Shown here: piece after piece, positions 51,224-63,571 of the stretch
Layout: the number at the start of each line of letters is the position of its first letter
Numbering within the stretch: the stretch's first letter is position 1
Assembly: GCA_002269645.1 (NCBI GenBank)
Contig: NIVC01001811.1
Span: 310,001 to 374,000 of the forward strand
Direction: 5' to 3'
Source of the DNA: Macrostomum lignano
Taxonomy: Eukaryota
DNA: 64,000 nucleotides
Program-made: the position numbers and the translations under genes
Notes under the pieces: generated by a model
Told to the model about the DNA's origin: nothing
The model's database searches: none
What the model saw: only the letters and a program-made list of their open reading frames with translations

Positions 51224-52423
51224 TTATTTAATCCAGTCAGCATCGCGAGAAGCCGCAGGCCAGATGCACAGAAAGAAAAGCGCATTGAACGCGCTGGCGC
51301 CCAAATAGCTAGCAAAGCAGATTTTGTCTTTGTGTCGCACTAAAAAGGATAGAAAAACGGCCAAGCGTCGGGCAATTATCGACCGTCGTTTCTCAGCGGA
51401 CTCAGACTGCGTGCGATGAGCTGCCACTTGAGGAAAACGGAAAACTGCAACAAAGGTGAAGAAGATCAGTATAAGCATCTGGGTGATTAGGAATGTTCCA
51501 ACCAGAGGAATGATGTTCATCGACTTGGGCGCGGATTGAGAGGCGATGAGGACGTACAGCGTCATAGACATGATGATGGCGATTGACACGTTAGCTCGGT
51601 CGCCCTGCTGCTCAGCGAAGAACATGATACTAGCCAGTAGCGACAACAGTTCGTACGGCACAATCATCAGGATTGCGTAATACGTCACGCGACGTTGCAG
51701 AAAGAATCGCAAATTGACAAACTGGAACGTGGAGCTGTTAGCTACAACCATGTACTTGACGCTGTGGGTGAGTCCGACCAAGTCCCATTCGCCTACGCTA
51801 AAGAAAGCGCTGCTATCAGACGTACTGGCACTCATTCTGCTGGTCAGAGTAAAGCTGAAAACGCTGGATGGCGAGTTAATAGATCCGATTTGTAGTGTGC
51901 ACACCTGTCGATCAAATGGAAATAAACGCATATCCAGAGAGCAAGGAAACTGGGTCACTGTGTAAATGTAAGTAAATACGGAACCATCCGGAGACGCGAT
52001 TGTTTCGAGGAATTTCGAGTTGCGCAAATCGAAAAACTCGACCGATTTAGCGTTCCAATAGCCGATGTCGGGTATCCACAGGCTATTCCTGTCAAGTCGC
52101 ATCTGAGTCACGCCAGTCTCAGTAGCGTTCCAGGCTAGTCTTGGATCGCGCCACGACATCAGTACCCAGCCGGACCATTCTAGCAGTTCTTCATCGCCTA
52201 GTCCGTAGACTGTCTTCACATCGATGTTCACATGTACGGTGGTGTTGTAACCACTGAGACTGGGTGGCTGCATAGACCGGCACTGGGCCAGATACTTCGG
52301 GCCGACGCTTTGAGCCAGGGCTCTGCAGACGGGTCCGTCAGTGTTGGTTGACGGATCCAGGCAGTCTGACGGCTTCAGCGTTAGAGCCAAGGCCAGAAAC
52401 AGTAATTCAAAGCATCGCTGCAT
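51224..52423 (-). CDS. Intronless Cys-loop ligand-gated ion channel subunit (nAChR-like, non-alpha), ~399 aa
   Basis: Signal peptide after Met 52423, WRDPRLAW, WIPDI, Cys loop CSLDMRLFPFDRQVC (C-x13-C), four hydrophobic TM segments, open frame. Confidence 0.93.
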   Translation of the reverse strand: MQRCFELLFLALALTLKPSDCLDPSTNTDGPVCRALAQSVGPKYLAQCRSMQPPSLSGYNTTVHVNIDVKTVYGLGDEELLEWSGWVLMSWRDPRLAWNATETGVTQMRLDRNSLWIPDIGYWNAKSVEFFDLRNSKFLETIASPDGSVFTYIYTVTQFPCSLDMRLFPFDRQVCTLQIGSINSPSSVFSFTLTSRMSASTSDSSAFFSVGEWDLVGLTHSVKYMVVANSSTFQFVNLRFFLQRRVTYYAILMIVPYELLSLLASIMFFAEQQGDRANVSIAIIMSMTLYVLIASQSAPKSMNIIPLVGTFLITQMLILIFFTFVAVFRFPQVAAHRTQSESAEKRRSIIARRLAVFLSFLVRHKDKICFASYLGASAFNALFFLCIWPAASRDADWIK

Positions 52424-53094
52424 AACTACGGGTACTCTAGACTTACTGCTTAATGATAGACCGTTCGAATTCGTGAGCCGTTTCTGAGGCAAGCTTTCTG
52501 CCTAACTAAATACCAAGGGATATGGAGCAGTGGAGACAAGTTTTAGGCTTCTGATTGGCTAGCGGAGCTGTATACGATAGAATTCGATTATTAAGGGGAT
52601 GCAAAATCCATGGCAGTTCGGCAAAATTATAGCTGAGCACTTTTACAGGCCAGCAGACACAGCCTTTTAGAATCTAAATTCGAACTCATACGAAAATTTA
52701 AAAGGCATTTTATTAATTCACTGGAAACACCGCAAGCAGGTTAAACAAAAACTCTGCCGAAGCAAGATGAATGAAGACCTGTATGAACCAACGAAAAGAA
52801 CTACCTGAAAACTCGTTTCATTTGTAGAAAAGCAATAGCAAATTTTCCAATTCAAGAAAAAATTAACTTTCAGTCTGCGGCAGCGGTTCCTCAGCTGTCG
52901 GTTTTGTAAGCAGAGGGGATGAGGAATTTACCGATATGCGACTGCAGAAAAAATAGGACTGGAAAGGCAAAAGAAAAGGGGCGCTATCATCGCCAACCAC
53001 AAAGGGGACGGGGGCTAAATCCGCCACTCCTTTCTTAACCAGAGCTAAATCTAGTTCAGGCCATAGATAGCTGCGTTCAGACAAAATGTTTCAT

Positions 53095-53326
53095 TCAGTT
53101 TGAGAAGCACTTTGTCCCGATTCGATTCAAGAATGGAGACACTTTACCGGTATACGATAGAGAACAGCACGATGTCTCGTGCGCACGGCAGGAAGATTGG
53201 TACAGACTTCGGTCACGCCTTGTATGCAGATAGCGTTGTACGGTGGACTCGGACTTGTGTCCTGACACGTGCATGATGTCATGCACAGTGGCACCGTTGC
53301 TGTCAAGATCACAAATTCTTGTCACT
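53095..53326 (-). pseudogene. Crypton recombinase last exon
   Basis: TTCTAG|AGTGAC acceptor, then VTRICDLD...VSGHKSESTVQRYLHTRRDRSLY. Confidence 0.75.
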
Positions 53327-55950
53327 CTAGAATGCAAGCGCCGGTAGGCGCGAGTCAAAAAAATTGTTGTAACGCACTGGGACCGCTGATTATTTATACA
53401 CAATTGTGTCTTTCGTTCAACATCCACTGTGTGAACTCATCTCGCCGCTCCTTCACAACGGGGTGGCTCCAATCAAATATAGTCTGCGTAGTCTGCGTTG
53501 GTTGAGACAAGAGAAAAGTGATCATCATCATCGTTTGAATCGTTGCAGACGGACTCACGTCCAGGAGCTCGAAAACTGACTCAATCTGCTGCTCCTGCAG
53601 TGCTGTATGTATTTTTCCCCAGAAAGTTCTCTAGTGCACTAGCCCACCCTACTCAAAGTCTCCTGCTGAAGACTGCCCGTCCCGTCCCGTCCCATCAGCG
53701 TCAGGTAATCGCAGTTTCCTCAAACGAGAGACTTGTTACTAGACCGCCTCCGAATGAGTGTTGTCACAGAAAACCCGACTAAATTATATGCCCTAAAAGC
53801 ATATTCTCATGCAGCAACCGAGAATATTAAAATGTGGATTTGACGCAGAGAGGTCAGAGGCTGAATCGCCTGCAAGCTCTGTGTGCTGCTGGCAGCTCTG
53901 TGCGGCTTTCTCTGATTTTCCCAGTAGGAGCTGTTACTATCAAAAGGGATGTACGAGTAGGCATCCTGATTGCATCAGTAGCCCCCAAAGAGTCGTATAA
54001 AAAAGCCCAAAGCTCCCTCATAGCTTAATTTGAAGGTGGGAGAATAAAAGAGTAAGATGCAAGAGTTGGAGAGGCCGGGCGCATAATACATGCTAAACCA
54101 CTCTCTTTAGGAAGATCAAAATCGAGGCAAACTCTTGGCGGTCAAATAGTGGCAGTCAACTTGGGGCACTCAAATGGTCTACTCCACATATGTGCGCGCA
54201 TGCATGTAATGACCATTCCCGTTATCGTTAACATATTTGGAACTTAATTTCGCTTGAGTAGTGATAGAAAAAGATCGAAGGCTCAAAATCAACATTTTAT
54301 TTAATTTTCTAAAGCGACGCGTTTCAGTCTGCATTGACCATTATCAAGCAGATAATTGGCTGAAACGAAATTGCGAAAATTGCTGTTCCAAAAATAATTA
54401 GCCCTCAATAAGAAAACGCCCTTCGACCGTAGCAGATAAAAAAAATCAAACTTATCATATGGCAACTGAACATCAATCAAACATTTACATGTAGGTCAAT
54501 TTTAAGCCTTAAAACTCTTACCAACATGTATTTATAGACACAAAAACGTGAACAACTGTGTCCAGCTGCATGCACACGATAGTTAAGAAGGGGTAATTAG
54601 CCTCCGCCGCACACAGCAACTTGGTCAAGGTGGAAGATAAACTTTTCCTTATCGTAGCTCAATTCAGTAGCTCTATAAGTAAAAGCATATGACTAGGACA
54701 TGGTAAAATGGATTAATTGCAGGAAGAGAATTTCATTTGGTGCGTTTGAATTCCGCAATGCAGGATTCAGAACCCAAAGAGCAGAGGTTGAGATGGGGGA
54801 GGAGTGGGGGGCTTAGCGTCGATGATTCATCCGATAAGTCATCAGGAGGGAGAGGGGCCTCGATCATCTAGGATTGGGATCGCGTTGGACAAATTTGAGA
54901 AATTGATGTACGTAATGATGAATTACATACGTAACGGCTATTAAACATGAAAGTTTTAATAGCAGCCTGTCCGTTGTTAAATAACAAATTACAATTAAAA
55001 TGTAACTTTTATTTTGTAGATTTTATTAAATAAAACTCGACTGATTGGGTAAAATTATCCGCTTACGTGGAAATATACATGTAGTTACGTTCTGACATTG
55101 TTCGCGAAACAAGCGCATTATTCATTTCTGGAAAAATTTTGTTCTTAGACCTGTTCGTGACTCTTAATTCAGTGCAGTATCAATGAGATCCTATAAGAGA
55201 TTTTAACTAAAAAAGCTTTCATAATATTAATTAGCTGGTTCTAAATACATGTACATGTATACTTGAGTCGGACTGGATTACTTTCCCGCGAATTCTCGCG
55301 TCAGTAGTGGCAGCGAACTACCGCTACATGTACGTAAAACCAAGAGCAAATTAAGCTTCCTTTCGAAGCAAGATAAAAATTTACGGTAAATTGTTCAATT
55401 GATGAGGACGCACTTTTTTCCAAATTTCACGCTCGCACATGGGCTCCAAACTGGCTAGCCTACTAACAGCAGGCTATGGGCATTTTTCTGATTTTTTGTA
55501 ATTTTTTTAGAATTCATACTAGTAGGACTTTTGTAGCCATATGAATCTGCCATACTTGTAGTTATAATAACATTAGGCGCGGTTTTTTGTTGCTTTTAGG
55601 ATCATAAATCATTGCTTTTGAGCTGGTCTGACAGCCACCTGCGCCTCACTCAATGCTGAGGCTGGCGCCAGATGGTCTGAGAGGATGCGGGCGGTAGCTT
55701 TTTTCTCATCATTTTGACAGGCCATCAGATTTATGAGGTCAGGCCCATTGTTCGTGTTCACTAAAGCGTTTGACAGTTCTGACAGCTATGCGTTTTACCC
55801 CTAAAAGTACTTTGGGATTAGCGATTAGTGAATTCTCTTCACCCTCTTCGTTTTCTACTTAATAAGACCTTTCTAATGTATATTTTTTATTAATTTTTGT
55901 CATTCCTACGCGAAAGGTCATAAATCATTATGTAGCAATTTTGAGGGATT

Positions 55951-57397
55951 TGTGACTGCACCTGGCGTATTTTTATCGCCCGAGAGAACTGATAGGATCT
56001 TCTGGTCACGTGAGTTTGGGTGGCAACAAGCTCAGCCAATCAGAAAATTCGACGTCAGTTATAACAAATCGGCTCAGCCAATCAGCGTCGAGGTGTTCCA
56101 TTATAACAAATTGCAGTCCAGTTGGCGGCTATTTAAACCGGTGTTTTTGGCCCGCTTGGACCTCAACCTCCTGGGACCTTGGCCTAACTTAGACCTCACG
56201 GAGCTCGACCGTCTTCTCTTGATCCCCGGATCGCAACTTCCCCCGTCACCATCAAGGACGAATTCCCCCGGTCGTCAGCAGCGAACATCAAAGTTAAGAT
56301 CATCACCTGCTAGCTATTGCGAAGATTGTGACATCAGCATCATCCCGGGCCTACAGCTGCGAAGCACTAAGCCGATTCGGTCACTGTGGATTACCTGGTC
56401 TCCGGCTGTTGAGTTTCTGATTGGTTGGGTGAGAGGCTACCTAGACTTGCTTGATTGGGTGATTCCTTATCTGTCCCCTATTTCAGTAGCTGGATTAGGC
56501 GACACTTTTACTCATTTTGTTCAGCAGTGCTGTTATTGAGGCAGAAATCACTTAATAATAATACTAATAGTAGTCTGATACTCCAATTCAATCTGAAGTG
56601 TGAAGGGATTTAGTGAGAAGGTTAAATCTGACAGTTATTTTTATCAGTTTTATTTCTTTGTTCGCCGATGGCTCAGATGAGTAGCTAAGCTAGTAGGCGC
56701 CAGTCACAGTGGACCAATGGCAAGGCAGTTCTCAGTCGATCAATCTATCAAATCAGTTAGAAAATTGCCAATAGTGCAAAATCGGCGCCAGAGATGTACT
56801 TTGTGCACTCTAGGTTCGCCAAGCGGCTCGGGTAAATGAATCATGCGGTCTCTGAAGTTCGAGTTAGTCTATCATCAGCGCTACGAGAGGCTGGTTGGTG
56901 CGTTGAAGGCCAAAAGTACAATTCCTCGTATTTAGCAATGTAATAGTACATGTAGCTACCCCATAGTCTCGCCACTGCAAGAATGCCCTGCACAAGTCCC
57001 CTCTATACCTGCATGGCCAATGCGATCTAGTCCCAGCAGTGTCCCTTATCATCGGCTATGACTTCGAGATTGACAGCAAAAAGACAATAGTTGGCAGGTA
57101 AGTGCTAAGCCCCCTCTAGTCGGAAGCCCGATTTCGAAAGTTCCGGTTTGGTGAGCCAGAACGCACGGGCTGGTGGCAGCGGTTAGTTAATCTGCGGACT
57201 GGCTAATCTCTACCTTTAAAATTCTCCCTGCTTGTCTCTCGCTGTCCATCTCTTAGCTATAGGACCTAGACTGCTCGCCACAGATCAAGCTACCGTGGGG
57301 CTGACCATCTGACAGGAGTGGGGGCCAGGACTCTAATGGATTCATTTATGAGACCTGAGGCCCGAAAGCTTCCACAAAGGGGCCGAAACCCATCACA
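55951..57397 (+). mobile_element. Probable solo LTR
   Basis: Starts TGTGA, ends CATCACA; two AGCCAATCAG boxes and a TATTTAAA; 3' end resembles the 10.5-kb LTR end; TSD not clean (ggatt vs atatt). Confidence 0.5.
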
Positions 57398-57969
57398 ATA
57401 TTGATAGGCTAAATTAACACTCTGTCTGCCCAGGCATTTTGAAATACTACATCAACTTTAGCCTGTTCCATGCTTCGAAAGTTCCAGCAGATAAGCCTGG
57501 ACTATCTGCTGGTTATACCAAGTCGGATAGGTCTCTCATCGCTGACATTTTGTCTGTGGTTAAAACCCTCAATGAAAAGATGTATCAGTTTACTGGGGTA
57601 AAATTTTTTTCACACGCGATAAGAAAATCGTTTTATGGTTGAAAGCCCTCGGACGATTTTCTCAGGCAAGGAGTTCTATAATTAGCATCTGGAGTGGAAG
57701 CGAAGAAATACCCGTTGTCTCATGAGGCCAGTTTTTCTTATTGATTTTTATGACTTTTTTCTCTGTTTTCTGCGGAATCTGTCAAACTCAAAAATGAAGC
57801 GACGGAATATTTTTTGGCTAGTGTTTTTATTCAAAGAATTCAAATTAAAACAAAAAACGAGTATAAAATGATAACGCACATGTAACAGGCAAAGGAGTGT
57901 ACACAAAACGGAAGCGAGCAGGTTAGATTTGTCAGAGCAGTTGGGATCTCAGACAGAAGTTACTTTGTC

Positions 57970-59442
57970 ATTGACACAAATCGAAGTTACTTATTTGAGC
58001 TAGCACTAGAAAGTTTAGCCGACATTCGCTTATTTCGAGCCCCAGCTCCACCAACCGAAATGTCTTTGACAAGATTTTTCATCATAAAGTTGAAAAATGC
58101 ACAGACGAGTCCTTCTTTCGCACCATGACACTCCATGCACATCGTCTGACCCATGAAATGTTCCAGATAGTAGTTGTCATCCATCATCTCGTCAATAAAG
58201 TGACAGAACAGCTGCATCTGATTGGGAGAATGCAGCAGCCGTCTGCGCAGTTCCATCGCTCTGCCAGATCTCCTCGAACACCTGCCAAGTGTCTGGCCAG
58301 CCCAAAAGCGATATCAGACGGCTTGGACAGGCCACCGCGTTGATCTCCTCCAAGAAGGCAATGGCTGTGGCCTCAATCCCACCATCAGTCAGTCCCACCA
58401 CCAATCCCACCTCATGAATCGGCGGCAGATCGTCAGAGCCAAGCAGAAGGTCGCGGAAGATCCGCATCCTCGCTTTCTTTGCACGAACTTCCTAGCGACT
58501 GCTCCGCTTGTATAGTAAATAACCGTGCAGTCGGAGCTCAATTCTCAATTCGATTGGCCCATAGATCTTATCAATGATTAGCATCACAACTCGCTCCATC
58601 TGTGTCGACTTGTTGGACGCTCGCAACCGAAGTTAACTCTGATAATCTAATCCATCCTTTTCAATTCTCCGAGTGATTGATAGCAGAGTTCTCTCTGATG
58701 GCAGCCGAGATTGTTCACGTAGAAGTCCGTAGGCTGCAGCACTTACTGAATAGATCATGTAGCACAAGACCATCAGCTTTCGAAAGGATCTCCTGGAGCT
58801 CTTTGGCTTACTGCTCAACTGCTCAGAAATGTTTCTATCTGTGCCAAGCAATTCTATCACCGTGTCTTGCAAACAGTGCCGCGCCTTTTAAACCAAAGGA
58901 GATCCGTACGTTGCGATCGGGTCCAATGCAGATGGAGCACGCAACCTGGCAGACATGCAATTCACTTCCAGCATGAAGATGCACAGGAACTCGTTGCATA
59001 TTGCAGTGGGAAAGCCACCCTGGTCTCGCTTCCTCTGAATCGAGCAGTTCTTGAATTTCTCTGAACGAGCAATTAGAATTGAATCAATAGTAAAGAAAGT
59101 TAGCAATCTGATCATCGAGACGCATGTTTTCAGCCTTCAGACGAGCAGATTATGTCGCAGTGCATGTGCTCTGAGCTGCCTGCTGGACAGTAGTAGGTAA
59201 TTTGGTGCATTAGGAAAGATAGTTGGCACCGCATCATGCTTCAAATAACGCTTGGACAGCTGGCTTTCTTTCTTTCTGCCAGTGACATCGCTATCAAGTG
59301 GAAATTAGCACTTTTATGATTTTTTCCACTTGCCACTTGTCTTTGATCGATGGGAAATGAAATCTAAGAAATCTAATTGAATTCAAATCGGTGCCACTTC
59401 GTGGCCATGAGTCGTGGCAGCTCTTAAACAAGGTGTCTATGG
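57970..59442 (-). pseudogene. THAP9/P-element-like transposase remnant, internally deleted
   Basis: YLKHDAVPTIFP (THAP motif, ~59.2 kb); YSVSAAAYGLLREQSRLPSERTL (P-type N-term). Confidence 0.65.
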
Positions 59443-59589
59443 TAAAAAACCGGAGGACTGAGGGAATTCCACTTTTTTAAGGCTCCATTGAAATCAAACG
59501 AAAAATTTTCTTAAAAAAAGTCTCCATTTCTCTCTATACAGCATAAGCTAGTAGAAGGCATGAGGGGGCTTCTGGGACAAAATTTTTCA

Positions 59590-59950
59590 CCCCTCCTCCA
59601 TAATCCACCTAAATCCATCCATATTATCCCCGACAGAATCAGAAAAAAAGGGGGGTCGCACTCGCTCACAAAACATCCTCCATAATCCCATTAAATCCAT
59701 CCATATTATCCCTGACAGAATCAGAGCATAACAGGTGTCCTAGTTGCTCCGAAAACTTCGAACATAATCCATTAAATCCATCCATATTATCCCTGAATCA
59801 GAGCATAACAGGTGTCGCACTCGCTTACAAAACTTCGAACATAATCCTCCTAACCTATCCTCCTTCCTCCACGACAGAATCAGAGCATAGCAGGTGTCCT
59901 ACATAATCCACTGACATCCACCCATAGCATCTTCGAAACAATCAGAAAAC
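59590..59950. repeat. ~60-70 bp imperfect tandem repeat (CATAATCC..AAATCCATCCATATTATCCC..GACAGAATCAGA)
   Basis: Four to five visible copies. Confidence 0.8.
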
Positions 59951-62069
59951 AATCTGTATTCTTCTCCACACATTCAATTCGCAATTCGCTACGCATCCCA
60001 AAGACTTTGAATCCCCTAACCCAGGGTCCTTACCCTTTGAAAAAAAAAATTAAATTTTCTCTAAAAATGTTTCCAGTTGTCTCTCCGGGTTCTTATTACA
60101 AAGCGCACGAGCCTAATTACAAGAGTAAGTACCGATGCAAGAAGGAATGCAGCGAGTACATGAGAAAATATTGGCCCGGCGTTGATATCATCGTCCCTAA
60201 TATTAATCAAGCTCTCCAAAGACATTGGTTTCATAAGTATGGAGTAACCTACGTAAAGATTACGATAGCTACTATAACTTTGTAGAAATCATTAGGCAGT
60301 TGAAGTTTACTAAAAACATACTAAGTTCATTTATTCACAAGTATATTTACATAAAACAGGAGGAAATAAGGAGGAAAGAGCAGACACTGAGTGTGCAGGG
60401 CTATCCGCCCGAGAATTTCCTCCGCGACGTGCGAGCTAGTTGCACGGTTGGAAATGAATAGGTAGAGGAAGAACAAGATATTGTAGATCCTCGCACAATC
60501 CAAAATCGATATTATTCGGATCCAGAAGAATATTGATTTTCCTCCCGCTCATTTTGTGTACAGCAAATTGTATATGGCAATAGCCCTATAATTCTGCCCG
60601 CTTGCCAGACTCTAGCAGCCCGTCCCGTCCATGGCTTCCGTCCCGTCCTCTCTCCCTCTCTTGCTTGCCAGTGCCTCAATTGTAGCACAATAGAAGCTAG
60701 AACGGCCTTGCCTCTTGGACTTGGAGTTGTAAACTATAGATTTTCCTCCCGCTCATTTCGTGTACAGCAAATCGTATAGGGCAGAGTTCTTCCAGGGTTA
60801 ATATAGATTTATACTTACTGGGTATACGAGAGCGTATTGTGTCTTTAACCGGTTCCACCAGCTGCTGCCACATTTGCCGCCCAGGGATAACAACGTTACC
60901 GTGTCAGTGTCGATCGCGCGGAAGCTACTGTATCTATTGTATAATGCACTGAGAAAAATTCTTAGAGCCATATCTTAGAGTAGAGCTTAGTATTGAGCAG
61001 AGCTCTACCTACTAAAGAACTACTGATTCCCGATTCAGTATCCATATACGCGCTAAATATTTTTTAAATCTGCAAGGTAATAATTATTAATATATTTGCT
61101 TATACTAGTTCTGCTTTTTTTTCATTTACTTCACCTACAATGTGTTTTAGAATTTCAATGGACATAGCAATGCCTACATTTGAGGATGATTTGGTTGCTT
61201 TAGTAAGGAGGATGTGCGAGAGTGATGACATGAAGCAATCGAAGTATTGGATTGAGGAATTTAACAAAGTTGCGAGGCGATTCAATAAGTGTGTGATTAA
61301 TCTACCATCTATCACTGGTAGTGGAAGGAATTGACGAACGAAAGAAGTTGGAGCACATCAATGAGGCTGCGAACTTACTCCGTGATTCACTTGCTCGTGT
61401 CATTCCACAACCGGCTGTGGAATTTGTCTCTGGGAGGCAGACATTGCAGAAGTTGTGAATGAGCTCAACAAAAATTGAAAAAATGATAAATGAACTACAA
61501 AATCAAGGACTTCAATACGGAATAAAGGCTGGAAAAATTCTGATCCGCATGAAGCTCGTACTGTCTGCTGAGGAATATAGAGCGTTTGCCATGAAGCTTC
61601 GATTTAAGCCGGTTTGGGGGAATTTCTTAATCGGGTGGCAAGACTCAGCAACACTCGCCCTATTCTAAATCGTTGTGGCATCTCGCTGTATCGACTGCGC
61701 TCAATAATTAAGTATGCCGATTGAGGCATTGAAGATGCTAAGAAAGAAGAAGAGCCAGTGCACTCCTGGTTAACTAATCTGCTGTGACTAATGATTCTTG
61801 CTGCTATGACTCTTGCTTTTTCACATAAAAAAACTTTTCACACTGAATACTGCAGTATCTGCTGCCTTTTCACATTGAATACTTTTCACATTGAATACTG
61901 CAGTATCTGCGGCACATTGAGTATAGGATAATGGTTGACAATAAACAGCTGCCATATCCGTTCCGTCAACACCCACCACCACACGCAAAATGTCATAAGG
62001 AAAATATAGCCGCCCTTTACAAGCTTTCTTTCCAACCGTAGAGCCACTTGAATCATTCTGCTCTCTCAA

Positions 62070-62499
62070 ACCCCCAGCTCTTTCAGCAGTCTTCCTAATT
62101 CTTTGCTTGGCGCGTGCAATGCAAAACCCACCCCACCCTCGACGTCCATTCCCAATCCCAACTTTGCCTTACTAAAAATAACAGCTTTAACTAGCTTCGA
62201 GCGATCGATTCCTTCCACCCGCTGAAGCCCCTATATTGTCTAGTCTCCTAATGCATTTCTTTGTCCCAGCGATTCTTCTCTCAGGAAAATCTCTATATTT
62301 AACGTCATGCCACATGCAGACAGAGTCTAGCTCATTCACAGGCTCATGCCCAGGATTTGGATAATTGTTTTTATCTAACTGTATTTCAAGTGGATTCAAA
62401 GGCCGCAATATTTATAGCCGGGAAGTGTCCAGCCTTTGTTTGGACGAGGAAGCTTTTCTATCAGTCCATGTGAATCTATTTTACCACAGAGCGCTGCAT
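62070..62499 (-). pseudogene. Parvovirus-VP1u-like phospholipase A2 of a Maverick/adintovirus-like element
   Basis: GWTLPGYKYCG(fs)LNPL...PVNELDSVCMWHDVKY, then KLVKAVIFSKAKLGLG. Confidence 0.75.
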
Positions 62500-62528
62500 T
62501 ATTTTATTTAAATTTTCTTTTTAAATAA

Positions 62529-63555
62529 ATGACAGATCAGAAACTTAAAAAACTCTACTACAGCGACAAAGGATTTTGTAGGCAAAATGCTGTTAGTAAA
62601 CTCATGGAGCTGAGTAAAGCAGCCAATACCAGTAGAAAAATGGCTCTCTAAGCAGGCTGTCTTTCAAGTCTATTTCCCACCAGTAAAATTTGAAAGGCGC
62701 CATTTCAGTATTTATAAAACCTAATGAAGCGCACCAAGCAGATCTTTGTTTCTCCCCAACGACTCAGGCTACAAGTATGCTCTACAATTATTGACATTGC
62801 TTCCAGATATAAGGAAGCTCGCCCACTCAAGACGAAGAAGTCAGAGGTTGTTGCCAGCGCACTGCAAGATATTTTATAAAAACTCTCGCGCTCACATACC
62901 CCCAAATCTTATGACCGACCCGGGTAAGGAATTCATGGGTGTAGTGAAATCCCTTATGGAAAAAAAAAACACAGAGATTCGCTATGGCAGAACAAACTTG
63001 CACAGAGACCAGGCTTTTGTGGAAAGATTCAATCTAACTCTAGCCAAGAGGCTATTCACTAAGCAGACAGCTGAAGAGCTGAAACTAAAAAGTGGTCAGT
63101 ACTATACCAAGTGGACAGACCGGTCCCCACTGTTATAGAGCAACTGAACAATGAAGTCACACGCATGACTGGATTGAAACCATCCCATGCAATTAAACAA
63201 GACACTGTCGAACTTAAGGCATCTCATAGAACAGACAACAACACGACAACCACACAACACACACAACACAAAACACACCTCGAACTACTAAAGCTTCCAG
63301 AGTTGAATCACCATACATACTGACAAACTCTGAGTTTCTACGCTTTTTATATCTACCTGGAGAGCTAGAGAAGACACCAAAAGAAGAGCTACAGATCCAT
63401 ACTTCAGCCTTGATGTACATAAAATAGACAGACATTTTACCTCCGACTCCGGTGACTATTACTTTTTATCTCAGGCCTTTAACCCTAAATCCCCCACGCG
63501 GTCATTCACTAGAGCTGAACTCCTAGTGATACCAGCTGACACAGAAATTAATTAA
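62529..63555 (+). pseudogene. Maverick/Polinton-type retroviral-like integrase, frameshifted
   Basis: KLKKLYYSDKG, HQADL, LMTDPGKEF, QAFVERFNLTL, LNNEVTRMTGLKP, KRRATDPYFS...RSFTRAELL. Confidence 0.82.
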
Positions 63556-63571
63556 AATATTAAAATAAAAA

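Noticed and set aside
53330-53480. Upstream exon of the 53-kb recombinase
   Set aside because: No HxxR-bearing exon or donor found; the text (ERRDEFTQWML) looks more like a Tc1 scrap and is too short to call
55952-56539. 195-aa ORF
   Set aside because: Non-ATG start, no recognisable domain, overlaps CCAAT/TATA elements of a probable LTR
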